Shown: positions 13,044-26,077 of the stretch, one piece after another
Position numbering within the stretch: position 1 is the first letter of the stretch
Layout: every line of letters begins with the position of its first letter
Source: Flaccisagitta enflata
Taxonomy: Eukaryota
DNA: 64,000 bases
NCBI GenBank assembly: GCA_965153355.1
Contig: OZ231126.1
Location: 37,820,001-37,884,000, forward strand
Direction: 5' to 3'
Translations under genes and position numbers: made by a program
Notes under the pieces: model-generated
What the model saw: the letters and a program-made list of their open reading frames with translations, nothing else
What the model was told of the DNA's origin: nothing
Database searches by the model: none

Positions 13044-13642
13044 TTGGTGGTGACGGTGATGGTGTTAGTGATGGAACCGTTTATGTTGTGTAAATCAGAA
13101 TTATTTGTAGTAAATAGTTACAACTTACACCGTTGCTAGTCATTCATGTTTGTATTATTTTGTTTTTAAGTTGCGCACCTGAAACTCCATAAGAAGCTTT
13201 TTCCGTCCATCTGTCGGTCCTCTAGTCTGTTGATGAGGTACAAGTTGATAAGTGTGCAAATTCGCATTTTTCCCCACGCCCCGCCGTCTGCAACGATACT
13301 GTAACTCCGGGGTACTGGTTTCAGGAGTATTGCTCAAACTTAATTCAATTGTACTTGTACAACCTGTATTCAGAATTTGACCTGATTACGCTCCCTGTTA
13401 ATTCCATGTCTTATTGCCATCAACTGAAGCGTTATTCCATAAACATCCATGAGTATATCTGTGTTTGATTGTAACATGAAATGCTTGACATTGTAAGTGT
13501 AATTGAAAGATTGTAAGTATTACCGTGGTTCTGGTGAATGAAATGTGATTATTTCTAACGAGCGAGAGTACGACTTTCGTCAAATTTGGCAATCGTAAAT
13601 ATTTCAAGCGGAAAAAAGTAAAGTCTTTCGCTGATAAATCAC

Positions 13643-13992
13643 CGCCGGACGTCCGGCAGACCGACTGGCAGATCGACTGGCTGACCGGCTGACCGGCTGA
13701 CCACCGGCCGATTGACCGGATGTGGGAGATGACGGCCGTTGCCGTCGCCATCTTCGTCATCATCGTGGGTCCCTGGACGGCTTGTTGATTTCCATAGTCG
13801 CCATCGCCGCCGTTTTAGTCGTCGTAATCGTCTTCGTCGTCGTAATCGTCTCGTGGTGGTCTTCGTCATCGTCGTCGTCATCGTAGTTGCCAGAAAATGG
13901 CGCGAAACGGAAAATGGAGTCGGACAGTGGGTGCGGTCGCCGGTGTTCGCCGGTGGTTGCCGGTTGTTGCCGGGCTCTTGCCGTCTGTCGTC
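13643..13992 (-). other. Candidate 350-nt GC/CpG-rich exon
   Basis: The GC-rich island is bounded on the minus strand by ggttttcctttgtcccag| and GCG|gtgatt. No recognisable protein in any frame. Confidence 0.35.
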
Positions 13993-14025
13993 CTGGGACA
14001 AAGGAAAACCACTCCTTCCATCTCT

Positions 14026-14280
<255 letters not shown>

Positions 14281-14465
14281 AATAAAAGGGTAGACTAAGA
14301 ACCAGGTAGTGAGATGGTCAGAGAACAAATGAATGATGGAAAAATGGAATGAATGAGTAGATGTATAGATGGAGGACCGATTCTTCGATTCTTGAACTGA
14401 CAAGGAACCGCTTCTGTCGAAAGTGAAGTGTCGAAGCAAATCTATCTGCGAAATAAATACCGTTT

Positions 14466-14710
14466 AAACAAGGCCGAACACCGGGCAATTGTGTAGTCGC
14501 TTGCAGGTGGGCAAGGGTAGTAATACAAATGGACGGGGGCGTGGATAGGCGGCGGCTGTAATGTGAGTGGGCGGGGGTAGTGGTGCTCAGCATTCGCCAC
14601 TTCGGCCGATTCTGCGTCAACCAAAAATTCTCTTTGCATGGACCTTCAAAGCTACAGACTTATACACCTACTGACACACCCTCTTGTAGAGTCGCCTTAC
14701 AAACGAGAAT
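14466..14710 (-). mobile_element. HINE-like element, degenerate
   Basis: AAACAAGGCCG head, AGTCGCTTGCAGGTGGGC, and a GTAGAGTCGC tail. Confidence 0.7.
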
Positions 14711-14839
14711 AGCGAGAGGAACTAGAAGACGAGAAACAGACGCGATTGTGATCTAACTTGTTGGCTGGAAAAGAGAAAAAGACACAGGGAGCAAAAGTTT
14801 GAAGAAAGGGGAGAAAGCTGCAAAATGGGAAGAACTCGA

Positions 14840-14939
<100 letters not shown>

Positions 14940-15702
14940 GCGGTGTGGGCGCGCATTTGGATGCGACCCTGCCTACCTGGGGGCCAATTAGCGTGGGAGA
15001 ACGACTTCAGGGAATCGTTCTTTGGGGAATATCGCAGAGAAGAGAATCTAAAAAGAAATAAAAACGATGAGGAAGAACGAAGGATTTTTTGAAAAAAGAA
15101 AAAAAAATAGCAGAGGAAAGTTCATGAATAAGGAAAATAAAAGTAAAGAGAGAAAAAAACGAAGAACGTGATTATTTGAGAAGCAAAAAGTATTTCAAGT
15201 CATCATTTAAAGGATCCAACGTTATGGGAGAGACAGGAAATTTCTTCAACAACGACTTTCGTTCTTAAGTAGAATGCGGAAAAGCGAAGAAAGAGAGAGG
15301 GAGAGAGAGACAGAGACAGAGAGAGAAAGCCAAACACCGGCGCTAATGAATGGATTGACTAAAAACAAAGTTGGGGAGGTTGATCCTCTTTTCAGGAACG
15401 ATGGCCTTCCTTGCTGCTTTTGTTGTTTTTGTTGTTTTTGTTGTTTTTGTTGTTTTCGTTGTTCTTTTTTGCTCTTGTTGCCCTACTCAGGTAAAGGTGT
15501 TGATGGTTCCGATGAAAATAGGGAAAGATGACGCGAAGGAATCTATTTGTTTGTGTGAATTTGTTTGAAATAGACTCTCCCTTGTTACATTAATTGTCGA
15601 TCTATTTCTTCTACCATAAAGACGTGTCCATGAAGTTATTTGAATTGCTGCTGTTCTGTTCATGTCTGTCCATCTGTCTGTCTGTCTCTGTCTCTCTATC
15701 TC

Positions 15703-15784
<82 letters not shown>

Positions 15785-15806
15785 TTTGTTTGTTTGTTTG
15801 TTTGTT

Positions 15807-15852
<46 letters not shown>

Positions 15853-16162
15853 TCTCTCTCTCTCTCTCTCTCGCCGTATTTCTTGCGCTTCCTCCTTCCC
15901 ATCACACCAGATCTGCATTCTCGTTTTTCTTAATTAACTTTGCATCTTTTTTCGGGAATTTCGTTTCCTCATAAATTATTTTCGCGTTCGCGAAAATCTT
16001 TTTTCTTTTTGCTTCTTGTCCGCGACGGAGTATCAATCCGACGCGGACTATAATATGAGGCTGGTGGTTGTCATCGTCGTTGTTGTCATTGTCGTCCATA
16101 TTTTAGAAATGGGCAAACTTCTGAACTGCTTGACGGACTTGCTTTGGAGGGAAGTTGTGCCA

Positions 16163-17200
16163 GGGTCAGCCGCTTTACATCATATGCGGTTGATATGATC
16201 CGACCACCCCAACCATCCCAACTTTTCAACTAATTTTGTTGAAACTTGGTATGAAGTCTCTAAATGGAATGATTTGTGAAGATTTCAGCATGCTAACCGG
16301 TCAAACCACATACCATCCAACCAGCTAACTGGCCTTAAAGTAAAAAAAGTGCATAACTTAAGCATTTTTTCAACTGATTTGGTTGAAACTTGGTTCAGGA
16401 ACTCAAAATAAAAGGACTTAATGTATATATGTTATTTATAAAGATTCCAGCATTCTAACCACCCAAACTGGCCTACCACCCAACCAGCCTAATAGCCAAA
16501 TGAAAATGCCTATAACTTTGGTATGGAGACTCAAAATTGAAGAACTCAACATATTTATGTGATTTACAAAAATTTCAAGATGCTATCTGGTTAAACCGGC
16601 CTAGCACCCAAGTGATGAAGGTGTCACAACCAATTTGGTTGAAATTTGGGGTAGAGTCTTCAAATGGAAGGATTTAACATATATTGCTGGTTTTTTTTTT
16701 GTGAATTCAGCTTGTTGACTGGTCAAACTGGCCTACCACCCTTTTGGCTCTTCAGCCTAAATGTAAAAATGTGCATAACATTGGCCTCATCCGATTAAGT
16801 GAGAAGATGGTGTTGAGTCTCTAGATAGAGACATTTCACATAAGCTTTAGTTTTATGAAGATTTCAACATATTCATTGGCCAAACAAGCTTACCACCCAT
16901 TCTTACAATGCTATTTCATGTTGTTTTATATTATCAAACAACATGAAATTGATAATGCCATTTGACAATTCCGTTTGACAATGCTGTTTGACAAAGACGT
17001 TTGACAATCCTGTTTGACTAGTCGATTTGACTATGCAGTTTGACTACGCTATTTTACTACACATTTTGACAACGCAGTTTGACAATGCCATTTGACAATA
17101 TTATTTTACTATGCCATTTAACTACACTACTTTACTACACTGTTTAACTACACCAATTGACTACGCCATTTAACTACGCCGTCGCGGACCCCTACTTTTT
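16163..17200. mobile_element. Probable non-autonomous element with two tiers of internal tandem repeats
   Basis: GGGTCAGC plus the hairpin TCAGCCGC/GCGGTTGA at the left, and inverted GCGGACCC plus a T-run at the right. About five diverged 120-160-bp units (GTTGAAACTTGG, CCTACCACCC) are followed by a 13-bp TTTGAC-anchored array. Confidence 0.55.
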
Positions 17201-18030
17201 TCAGCTTTTTTTTATGCTTCTTCTGCATTTTCTTATCCAGGTTTTTCAAAAATTTAAACATCTTTTTATCCGGGACTGCACCGTTCCCCATCGCTTCTGT
17301 TAAAGTTTTAAAGCGTGATTCTCCTATTCTTGTTTTTCTTTTTCTTTTTGCTCTTCCTTCTATTGCCCTTCCTGTTCTACTTCCTCCAACTCTCCTTGTT
17401 ACTTTTTTCCCCTTGTTCTTGTTCTTGTTCTTGTTCTTGTTCTTGCTCTTGTTGAGGTTCTTCTTCTTTTTCGTCTTTCTCGTCTTCTTCTTGGTCTTTC
17501 TCTTTTTCTTCTTCTTGTTGTTATTCCTCTTGTTCTTGTTGTTCTTGGTCTTCTTCTTCCTTTTCTTTTTTTCCCTTTTCTTTTTCTAATTCCTTTTGTT
17601 TTGCTTAGCTTTTTTCTGTTTTCTTTCCTTCTTTTTTTTCAAAAACAATTTTCTGTTTTTCCTTTTCATCATGTGCTCTTTCACTTACTTTGTTTTTCTT
17701 CATCACCTCCTCTTCCCTTGTTCCTTCTTGTTGTCTTATTTTTTTTTGTTTATCACTTCTCTCTTTCTTCCTCTCCTTCATCACATTCTTCATCATCTTC
17801 CATCTCATCTCTCTTGCTCCATCTTCTTCCTCCTTTTCATCTTCTTCATTAAGCGGCAAAAATATCGCGGAAGGACTGAATGAGAATACATCAAGGATGA
17901 TGAAAAAGTAGGAAGCGGCATCAGGAGAAAAAAGTAATAATGATAAGGAGAAAGTCATCCAAAGATCAAACACTGTCAGCGGTACCTGATGCCCTGCTTT
18001 GATCAAGTGATCAAGTAAAGAAGTAGAGTG

Positions 18031-18483
18031 AGAGCAGGGCAGTGGCCCTTAAGTTAAGAGCCAATATTCTGTAGAAAACTGGGGTGAATTTCCAGACGTC
18101 CTGAGAGGCTGTTTTTCAGGTCTCAGACAACCAATTTAAGTCATTGAAGGCATATTAGGGGCCTGGAGCAAAGATGTGAGATCTTGGTGCAGATTTGAGG
18201 TTTGGCACACAGACATGAGGCCTGGAGGTTAAATATGAGTCATGCAGGGCTGATTTAAAGCCTGGGGGACTGACTGGGGGGCTAATTTGATGCTCAATAG
18301 GGATTTTTTCTTACGCCTGAGAGAGCTGATTTGAGGGGTGGGAGAGCAAAGATCAGGGCTGCGAGTGCTGATTTAAGGCCTCAATGGTCAATGGGGGGAT
18401 GGAAGGATGGAAGGATGGAAGGATGGCAGAAAGAATGAAAGGACAGACGTCTGGAAATCCTTCATGGGCCGCTGCCTAAAAAG
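18031..18483. mobile_element. Inverted-repeat element with ~21-bp internal minisatellite (family C)
   Basis: GGGCAGTGGCCC / GGGCCGCTGCCT and ATTTCCAGACGTC / GACGTCTGGAAAT inverted pairs, GCTGATTT-type repeats, a GGAT/GGAA microsatellite and an A-run end. Confidence 0.7.
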
Positions 18484-18689
18484 CGTTCCTCTTGGAACCA
18501 TATCTCTTATCTTATCTTATTCATACACAGATATTTTAGAGTTTTATCAATTTTTGTGATAAAGTTTTTTTCCGGTGATAAAGTACGGCGTGATGAAAAG
18601 TTGTTTAGGGCCAAATTTACCTCGTTATTGTCCTGTAGCCACCCTTTCGCAACGCTGCGTCACTATTCCCTCTTGTTCTACCCCCCCTC

Positions 18690-18788
<99 letters not shown>

Positions 18789-20630
18789 CTCCTTTTCCTC
18801 CACAAACACATTTTCCTCTCTCTTTTTGATTCTTGAAATAAATTTTTATTCCTTCTGAATTTGGAATGATGAATTAGTCATAGAAAGGGAAGCGATTCAC
18901 TTTGTTTACCCAAATTTCAAACCAAAAACCGGAATTTATAGCAAAATCCATTAAGCCTCAGTCAGAGATGCCGAGTATGAAAAGGTCTGTTGGAAACGGT
19001 CGCCCGATCCATCTCCAGGGCTTCAGTGGTGTTTACAATTCTTGTTCATTCAACTTATGTCCTAGAGGAAACATAACCCAATAGTCAAAATCGAATCCAC
19101 TCCAACTGCTTATAAAGAGAGAGCAGAAAATACAAAGCAAACTATAAGATTTTTATTGCTGTCCTTGTAAAGAAACAACTCAGACTATCTTTTCTGCAAT
19201 TATTCTTAATAGTGGAAAGGACCATTTGACGTAATTTAGCAGTGTTGTTCATTTTGGTAAGGAATATCAGGCCAAGTACAAAACGGAAAAAAAATTGCAA
19301 TGCCAATACAGCAGGGTGTTTTTTTTTTTTTGAAACTCAAGTAGTGAAATTCCATTGTTGAAAATCTCAACCTTTTAGGCCCCTCACGATGAAATTATTA
19401 GGGAAAAATTCAAAAACATTCAACAACATTGATTTATCAATGAAATATGTAGTGGACTCAGTCAGTTGGTCACCTGTTTCCAAATGTTGGTCCATTTCCA
19501 TCTGTCTTCCCCGCGCTTACATGTGGGTATTGGTGATTGTACATTTTCAGTCTTACAATGTGTTTGTTTGGTTTCTCTTAGTACAACTTTCCCCTGTCTG
19601 TGACTATCTCGGCGTGCATTCTTTCCTGCTTTCCGTCTGCTTCCACATCGACTGTCATTGTAGTTCACTCTCTGTACCTGAACTATTTCAACGAGAAGGT
19701 AAAGTGCAAGAAAAGTCTTGCTTGCGCAGAGAAATTCAAGAATGGTGAAAATTGACTTAAAAAGATTCTCTTATTCCATTTTTTTTACCAGAGAAGAGGC
19801 TGCGCCACTCGCTTCTTGGCTGGCAGTTGCAATTGTGGAAAATTGTAACCCTCTTACCATATCCATATTTTGTTTCTTTTTTTTTATATATCATTTTTTT
19901 TTCTTTTTCGTATTCAACCTCTTTTTCCTTTTCACTTTTTTCTTTCTCTTCCTCACTTCAAACCTAGCAAATCGTGACAAACGCTTGAAAGTGTGCCAAT
20001 GAAAACAGTTTTTACGATAAACAAATGTTAAAGTCAAGGAACTACCAAAGGAAGCCGGCCCCAATGGCGAAAAAAGAAATGATTTGTTTCGCTGGTCATG
20101 ATCATGACGGGGGTGTCAGAATTGTTTTCCTTAACCGACATACGGAGAAATTATTGAACAATAGTCCTCAGTCTCACTTTTTACTAAAATACAATATATC
20201 TCTCATTGATCCTTTTCAGAATTTGACTTGGCTCATGACCGCTCGTGATCAAAAACAAAATGCGTCTAGAAAGTGAACTGTTTGCCGCAAAAACGACGAC
20301 GGAACAGCTTGCAAGATAAAGTTGCGGAAAAAAAGACATTTTTAACACAAGGTAAATTAGTTTTGTCCCCGACAATCAGTTTTTTGTCGGTGTCTATGAA
20401 GTAGCAGTGATACGTAGTCCATTCGTTTGTTCGTTTGTCCATTTGTTCACTTATTTGGTTGTTCGTTTGTTCGTTTTTTTCATTTCTTCGTTTGTTCATT
20501 TCTTCGTCAGCTTCAAACCTCCAAACAGTTTTGAACCAAACTTTTCGTTTCTTATTCAGTCTTTGTCTGTCTGTCTTAGTGTTTGTGTATGCGGCTTATC
20601 TATCTCCCTATTTCCCTGGATCCCCGTCTC

Positions 20631-20707
<77 letters not shown>

Positions 20708-21267
20708 CTTTACTTTTTTGGCGGTCGTTGGCGAAAGTGGGGAGAGACTAGAGAGAGCCTAGCAAGAGAACGGTATTTACTCATTTTCGCAAAAAGGTTT
20801 TCGACGCATTAGTTTTCTTAAGCACAGCTGATTCTCGTCTATGAAGAGAACTGAGACGAGGAGAAAATTTTTTTTATTATTCTCCCTTATTTTTTTTTCT
20901 TTTGTTAAACGCATTAGTAAAAACCATTCCCGATGTCATTATTACACAGACAGCGCTTTTAAAATGAAATGGTAAGCCATTTAGTCACCAAGCGATGCCT
21001 TTGTCGCCTGCTTTCAACAATCTGCGACATGCGCATACAAATTGGAAACAGGTTTTATTCAGGCGCTACAAATCAGAATCGAGATATCTTTTTGGCAGAG
21101 ATACTGGCGCAGGGAATTGAAATTGCGAGACATTTTAATTGGCTTCTACCATCTTACCACCTGGAATGAAGCATAGACTTTAGATGAATGTTTCAAATAA
21201 AGCTACAACAACCCGATTGGTCCTATCTTAGAGGGTTTTGTTTAACTCTTTCAAAGGAGGCCAAATG

Positions 21268-21523
21268 TTTTTAGTCGCGTGCTACGCGACTCTATAAGCC
21301 ACTTTCTGGTCGGTCCGTCGGTCCGTCCGTTGGACCGTCACAAAATCGATTCAAAAGCTTTTTATCACATTTTGTATGGCTCTTAATGGTAGAGAGGAGA
21401 CTTGGAAGAGTTTTCAGCCATTTCTAATGTCTTTAGAAAAAATCGTTTGTCTGTCTGTCTTTCTGTTTGTTTTTTTTGGAAGAGCCGACGCACGCGACTA
21501 AGGTCTACGGTCTAAGACCTTTT
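21268..21523 (+). mobile_element. HINE-like element (GGTCTAATGACC-hairpin subfamily)
   Basis: TTTTTAGTCGCGTGCTACGCGACTCTATAAGCCAC ... GCCGACGCACGCGACT...GGTCTAAGACC. Confidence 0.8.
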
Positions 21524-21671
21524 GAAGAGTAGCACTCTTTGAAAGCTTTTTACGGTGTCCGTTGTATTTATCAGCATGATAGCTTAATACGCCGTTTGAG
21601 TCATGATATTGGGAAAAACAAAGCGCCTTTGAAAAATTCCACAGTTGAGATGGTTACGCAGAATGTGCGTA

Positions 21672-22117
21672 CAGCGGGATCTCGGTATTACGGTCTCAGT
21701 GAGACTGGATGATTTCACCATAAAAGAGGGGTAGCACTGTTATCATTACACTTATAAATCATTGTATTATGATATAAAGAAATATTATATGTTTTATAAA
21801 AAGAAAATGCTTACAAGAAATTAAAATGTATTTCTTGATACTGGTTTTTGAACATTTTCTCAATGAATAATTTTTCAAAGTAAGTTTTTCATTATCTTCT
21901 CAAAGCTTCATTTTGTAATCAAACAAAGCAATACACCTTTATTGAAGGCAAATTTAATAAAAGGGCCCCAAACATTTGAATAGGTGAGTCACTATTTAGA
22001 GAGGCTGCTAACAAGGGATATTTCAACATAATAAAAACCTGAATAATTTTTGAGCTTCGATATCTTGTCCTTTAAAGGCACCTTTAAAGGCGTTGTTATG
22101 GAGACGGGGTACCGCTG
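21672..22117. mobile_element. Tc1/mariner/pogo-type MITE
   Basis: TA|CAGCGG ... CCGCTG|TA with imperfect TIRs. Confidence 0.6.
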
Positions 22118-22987
22118 TATTTCTTACTTTGTTGACGCTCTTCTCAATGGGCAGACTGTGCTCATATGATTTTGACAAGTGAAACCAGCACTTCTGTAAA
22201 AAATCTCTCAAGCACACAATGGTATTACCGCTTTTGGCTTGTTGCTGGCGCTTTTCAAAAGTTACTGTTCCTGGTTGAGACTCATTTTTAGCTTCTAAAA
22301 GTTAAAGAAATTCCTCACGAGAATGGCACAAGGAAAAGAACTGAAAAAAAGGAATTACAGACACAACACAAGTAAAAAATGTAACCAGAGGAAAAAAGAG
22401 AAGTTTGAAAAAAAGAAAAAAAGAAAAGAAAAGAAAAGAAAGGAAAAGAAAGGAAGGAAGGAAGGAAAAAGGAGGAAAGAAAGAAAAAGAGAGGGAAAGA
22501 AAGAAAAAATTCCAGGAAGACGAACTGTCAGACATACATACAGACAGTAAGACGGACAGACAGAATGAAATACTGAAAGAACGAAAGACAGAAAGAAAGG
22601 AAGAATGAACGCAAAATGTTTAAAACGGGAAAGAAACAGCCGGAAGTTATGCGAGAACAAGGGAAAAAAAGTTGACACAAGGAAAAAAATTGTATGAAAG
22701 ACACAAATGCAAAAATAAAATGAAGGAAAATAATGTGTGGAAAGAACGAATGAAAGAAGAGAAGAAAAAAAAGATGAGAAAATAAAAGAAAAAATCTGGA
22801 TAAGAGGGGCAGACGGAAAGAGAGAGGAAACTCGGGAAGTTGAGAGTCTTTGAGTTTGAAATTGTCAAACCCGTTTCTTCGCGAACCGCCTTTAACACGA
22901 AAATAATTGACTTGAGGTTCCATTTCATATTTTCTATGGGTGAGTGAGAGAGAGACGGAGACCCAGCGACTCCGAACGAGAGAGAGA

Positions 22988-23095
<108 letters not shown>

Positions 23096-23481
23096 AGGCA
23101 ATGACACACAGAAAGAAAAAAATAATGCAAGAAAGCAAGAATAATAGAGGGATATAATAATAAAAAGATAGAAAGAAATAGAAATAAGGATAGAAACTAA
23201 AACAACTGAAAAAGTGGAAAAAATTGGAGGTAAAGATCGAAAGAGACTGTGGCAGTATAGCAGAACGAGACAGAAGTCACGAGACAAAAAAGGGAGAGAG
23301 ATAGAAAAAAAAACCAGAGAATCTTTTTAAAAGTAGGGAACCAAAAAAGGAAAGAAAAAGATGAAAAGCTGAATGGAACGTTCAGAAATGAGGAGTGAAT
23401 GGAAGGAAGAATGGGAAAGTTAGGGAGATAAAAGGTTCTGGGGGAAGGTTTCGGAGTTTTAGAAAAGGACAAAAAAGAAAA

Positions 23482-24012
23482 AAAAACGCGGGTTCACAAT
23501 ATCGTTGTGGACGGGTGGGCAGGGACATCCCACCCCCATCCACACCCCAACTCCCTCCACTCACATGCACAAAAAGCATCTAAAACGCTCGTTTACACTC
23601 TTTTCGACTCGTGTTCACAGATCAACGGACGGACCAATGGACGGACGGACCGACGGACAAAGCCTCTTATAGAGTTACGTGTCCGCAACTGAAAAGGGGT
23701 GTAAAGCTCTGTTATCAACTTAAAATCATGGATTTTGGATGGGAAATCACACCTAAATCACACCTAAATCTTTCAACTTTATGGTGCCGCCCCCACTTCA
23801 TTCTATAATAACAAGGCCGGATACACGGCTATCCAAGTCGCGTGCGGGTGAGCAGGGGGTGTATTCGAGGTCACTTGATCACTTTGGCAGGAGCAGTGAG
23901 GCCAAACACCGTAAAAAACAAAGTGTGACCGACGAACCGATGGACGGACCGACGGATAGACCAACGGACGGACCGACAAAGTGGGGTGCGGAGTCGCGTA
24001 GAACGCGACTAA
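23482..24012 (-). mobile_element. Two adjacent HINE-like copies (about 23482-23695 and 23810-24012)
   Basis: Each has a CGGGTG(G/A)GCAGG core, (GGAC/CGAC)n and a terminal palindrome (AGTTACGTGTCCGCAACT; AGTCGCGTAGAACGCGACT). Confidence 0.8.
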
Positions 24013-24852
24013 TCGGGAAAAAAGTCGAAGTTAGTCTTCGACTTTTTGACATATTCGAGAGAAAAAGGGTTTTCATTTTCTTATGAGAAAGTTGTGCATC
24101 TCTTCCGGCTGATTGTGGCCTCCAATGAAATTGATAGGGTAAGTAAATTTGATAATTCTCTTTCATTTGGCGCCAAGCAGAATGCTCTACGACAAATATT
24201 TTTCGCGCTATGATTTTTTAAAGATTTATTTACAAAAATTGCAAATTGATTTTTTTTTTATTTTTTATGATTTTAAGTAGGATCAATAAAAAAGTGTATT
24301 TATGTTTGTTTGAGCATGCAAATACAAGAAAACATGTTTATGAGCATAGCTGCTCATCTCTTAGGGTGTTTTTGAGCAGTCTAGCTCATTTAGCTCATTT
24401 AGCTCATTTTGCTCCGTCTTTTTTTCTGATTTCAAATGCAATAAATGAATAAATATTTTGTTACATGTTTAAGCAAGCAGATACAAAAAAGTATGTCAGT
24501 GAGCTCAGTTGCTTATTTGCGAGGGTGTTTTTATGTATTCTAGCTCACTTGGCTCATTTAGCTCAGTCTTTTTTTCTGATCTTTAATGGGATAAATACAT
24601 AAATGCAAATACAAGAAAGCATGTCAGTGAGCATAGCTGGTTGTGTGGTTGAATGATTTTGAGCATTTTAGCTCATCCAGCTCATTTGGCTCAGTTCTAT
24701 ATTTTTCGGATTAACAGTGCAACCAATACATGCAAGTGCTCTTGATTTGATCTAACAAATAGAAAGATTTGCAGTGACTGAAAACAAAAGCTTGGTGAAA
24801 AGTGACCAACGCTTACGACTTTTTTCCTCACGGCGACAGCTGCCATTACTGG
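24013..24852 (+). mobile_element. Non-autonomous canonical Helitron, copy 1
   Basis: A|TCGGGAAAAAAGTCG start and GGCGACAGCTGCC...ATTACTGG|T end, i.e. 5' TC, 3' CTRR and an A|T target. Colinear with 35172-36006, and similarity stops within 2 nt of these termini. Confidence 0.8.
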
Positions 24853-25483
24853 TAAAAGACCTATAAAGATATGCTCATGGTCATGAAACTTAGAGAATTT
24901 CATAGTTGCAATGAATGGTCATAGTTCTTACTGTTGGCGAGTTTTGAAAGTGGTTTTAGTGAAGTAGTCCCACACTGGTGTTCATTGAAAGAATAGAGAA
25001 AGTCCTTTTTGGGCGGTGAAAGAGGTTGCTTTGGGCGGAAAAACTAGTTGGCGAATATTGCTAATCCTGTTGAGATTGGAGACAATTTTTTTTTCATTTT
25101 GTGGGGTCGAGATTTGGGGGCCGAGGGAGGGGTGAGGGGGTGGTGCATTACGCGGTTCTACTGTGCGTTGAGTCGTTGCTATTGATGTCGCTTTCACGGT
25201 CTTTCTACCGTTCCGCCGTTGTGATTTCCATGAGTGTCTGTCGCCTTAGTCTCAAAGTTTTTCTTTGCAGGATTTTTTTTCTTTCACATTCTTTAGGCCT
25301 CAACGAAAGAAACCATTTCTAATGCTACCATTTCCCTTTTTCCAAACTTCGCCTTATTTCATTTTTTGATCTTTTTTCCTTCTCCTCCTTATGCCTCTTC
25401 CTCATTTTTCTTTTTCTCTTCTCTCCCCCCCCCCCCCCATTTTCGTTTTTCACATACTTTTTTTTTCTTTACCGTCTTTTTCA

Positions 25484-25514
<31 letters not shown>

Positions 25515-25620
25515 CTTCTTCTTCTTCTTCTTCTTCTTCTTCTTCTTCTTCTTCTTCTTCTTCTTCTTCTTCTTCTTCTTCTTCTTCTTCTTCTTCTTCT
25601 TCTTCTTCTTCGCCTTCTTC
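25484..25620. repeat. (CTT)n microsatellite, resuming at 26078 after the inserted element
   Basis: Directly visible. Confidence 0.95.
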
Positions 25621-26077
25621 GGCAATCATCTAGAATCCGGGATTGAGATTTTCAGAGGCGAAGACAGTAGCCTTTTGTTTCTGTAGGACTCGGGCGAGCA
25701 CGAGGAAGGTTATTGACGTTCATTTTACGCTGTTTATGTTTAGGTTTAGGGTAGGGTTAGGGTTAGGAGTGGAGTTAGGGTTAGGAGAAAGTTAGGGTTA
25801 GGAGTGGGGTTAGGGTTAGGTGGGGTTAGGGTTAGGGGTTAGGGTTAGGGGTGGGGTTAGGGTTAGGTGTTAGGGTTAGGGGTGGGGTTAAGGCTAGGGG
25901 TAGGGTTAGGGGTAAGGTTAGGGGTGTGGTTAGGATTAGGGTAGGGTAGTAGTGTGTTAGGGTTAGGGGTGGCGTCAGTTGTTTTAGATCATGGTAGATG
26001 TCAATTTCAATGGAGCTTTTTCATTATGCGTCTTTAATAAAACAGTTTTACTCAATCCCGGATACTAGATGATAGCC
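25621..26077. mobile_element. MITE with 27-bp TIRs and internal TTAGGG-like array
   Basis: GGCAATCATCTAGAATCCGGGATTGAG versus the reverse complement of CTCAATCCCGGATACTAGATGATAGCC (2 mismatches). Degenerate (TTAGGG)n at about 25740-25970. CTTCTTC on both flanks. Confidence 0.85.

Noticed and set aside
19440..19700. Possible minus-strand exon or TE coding remnant
   Set aside because: The acceptor is weak and no frame gives a recognisable peptide.
25740..25970. True telomere or chromosome-fusion scar
   Set aside because: The tract is short, degenerate, in a single orientation and enclosed by transposon TIRs.
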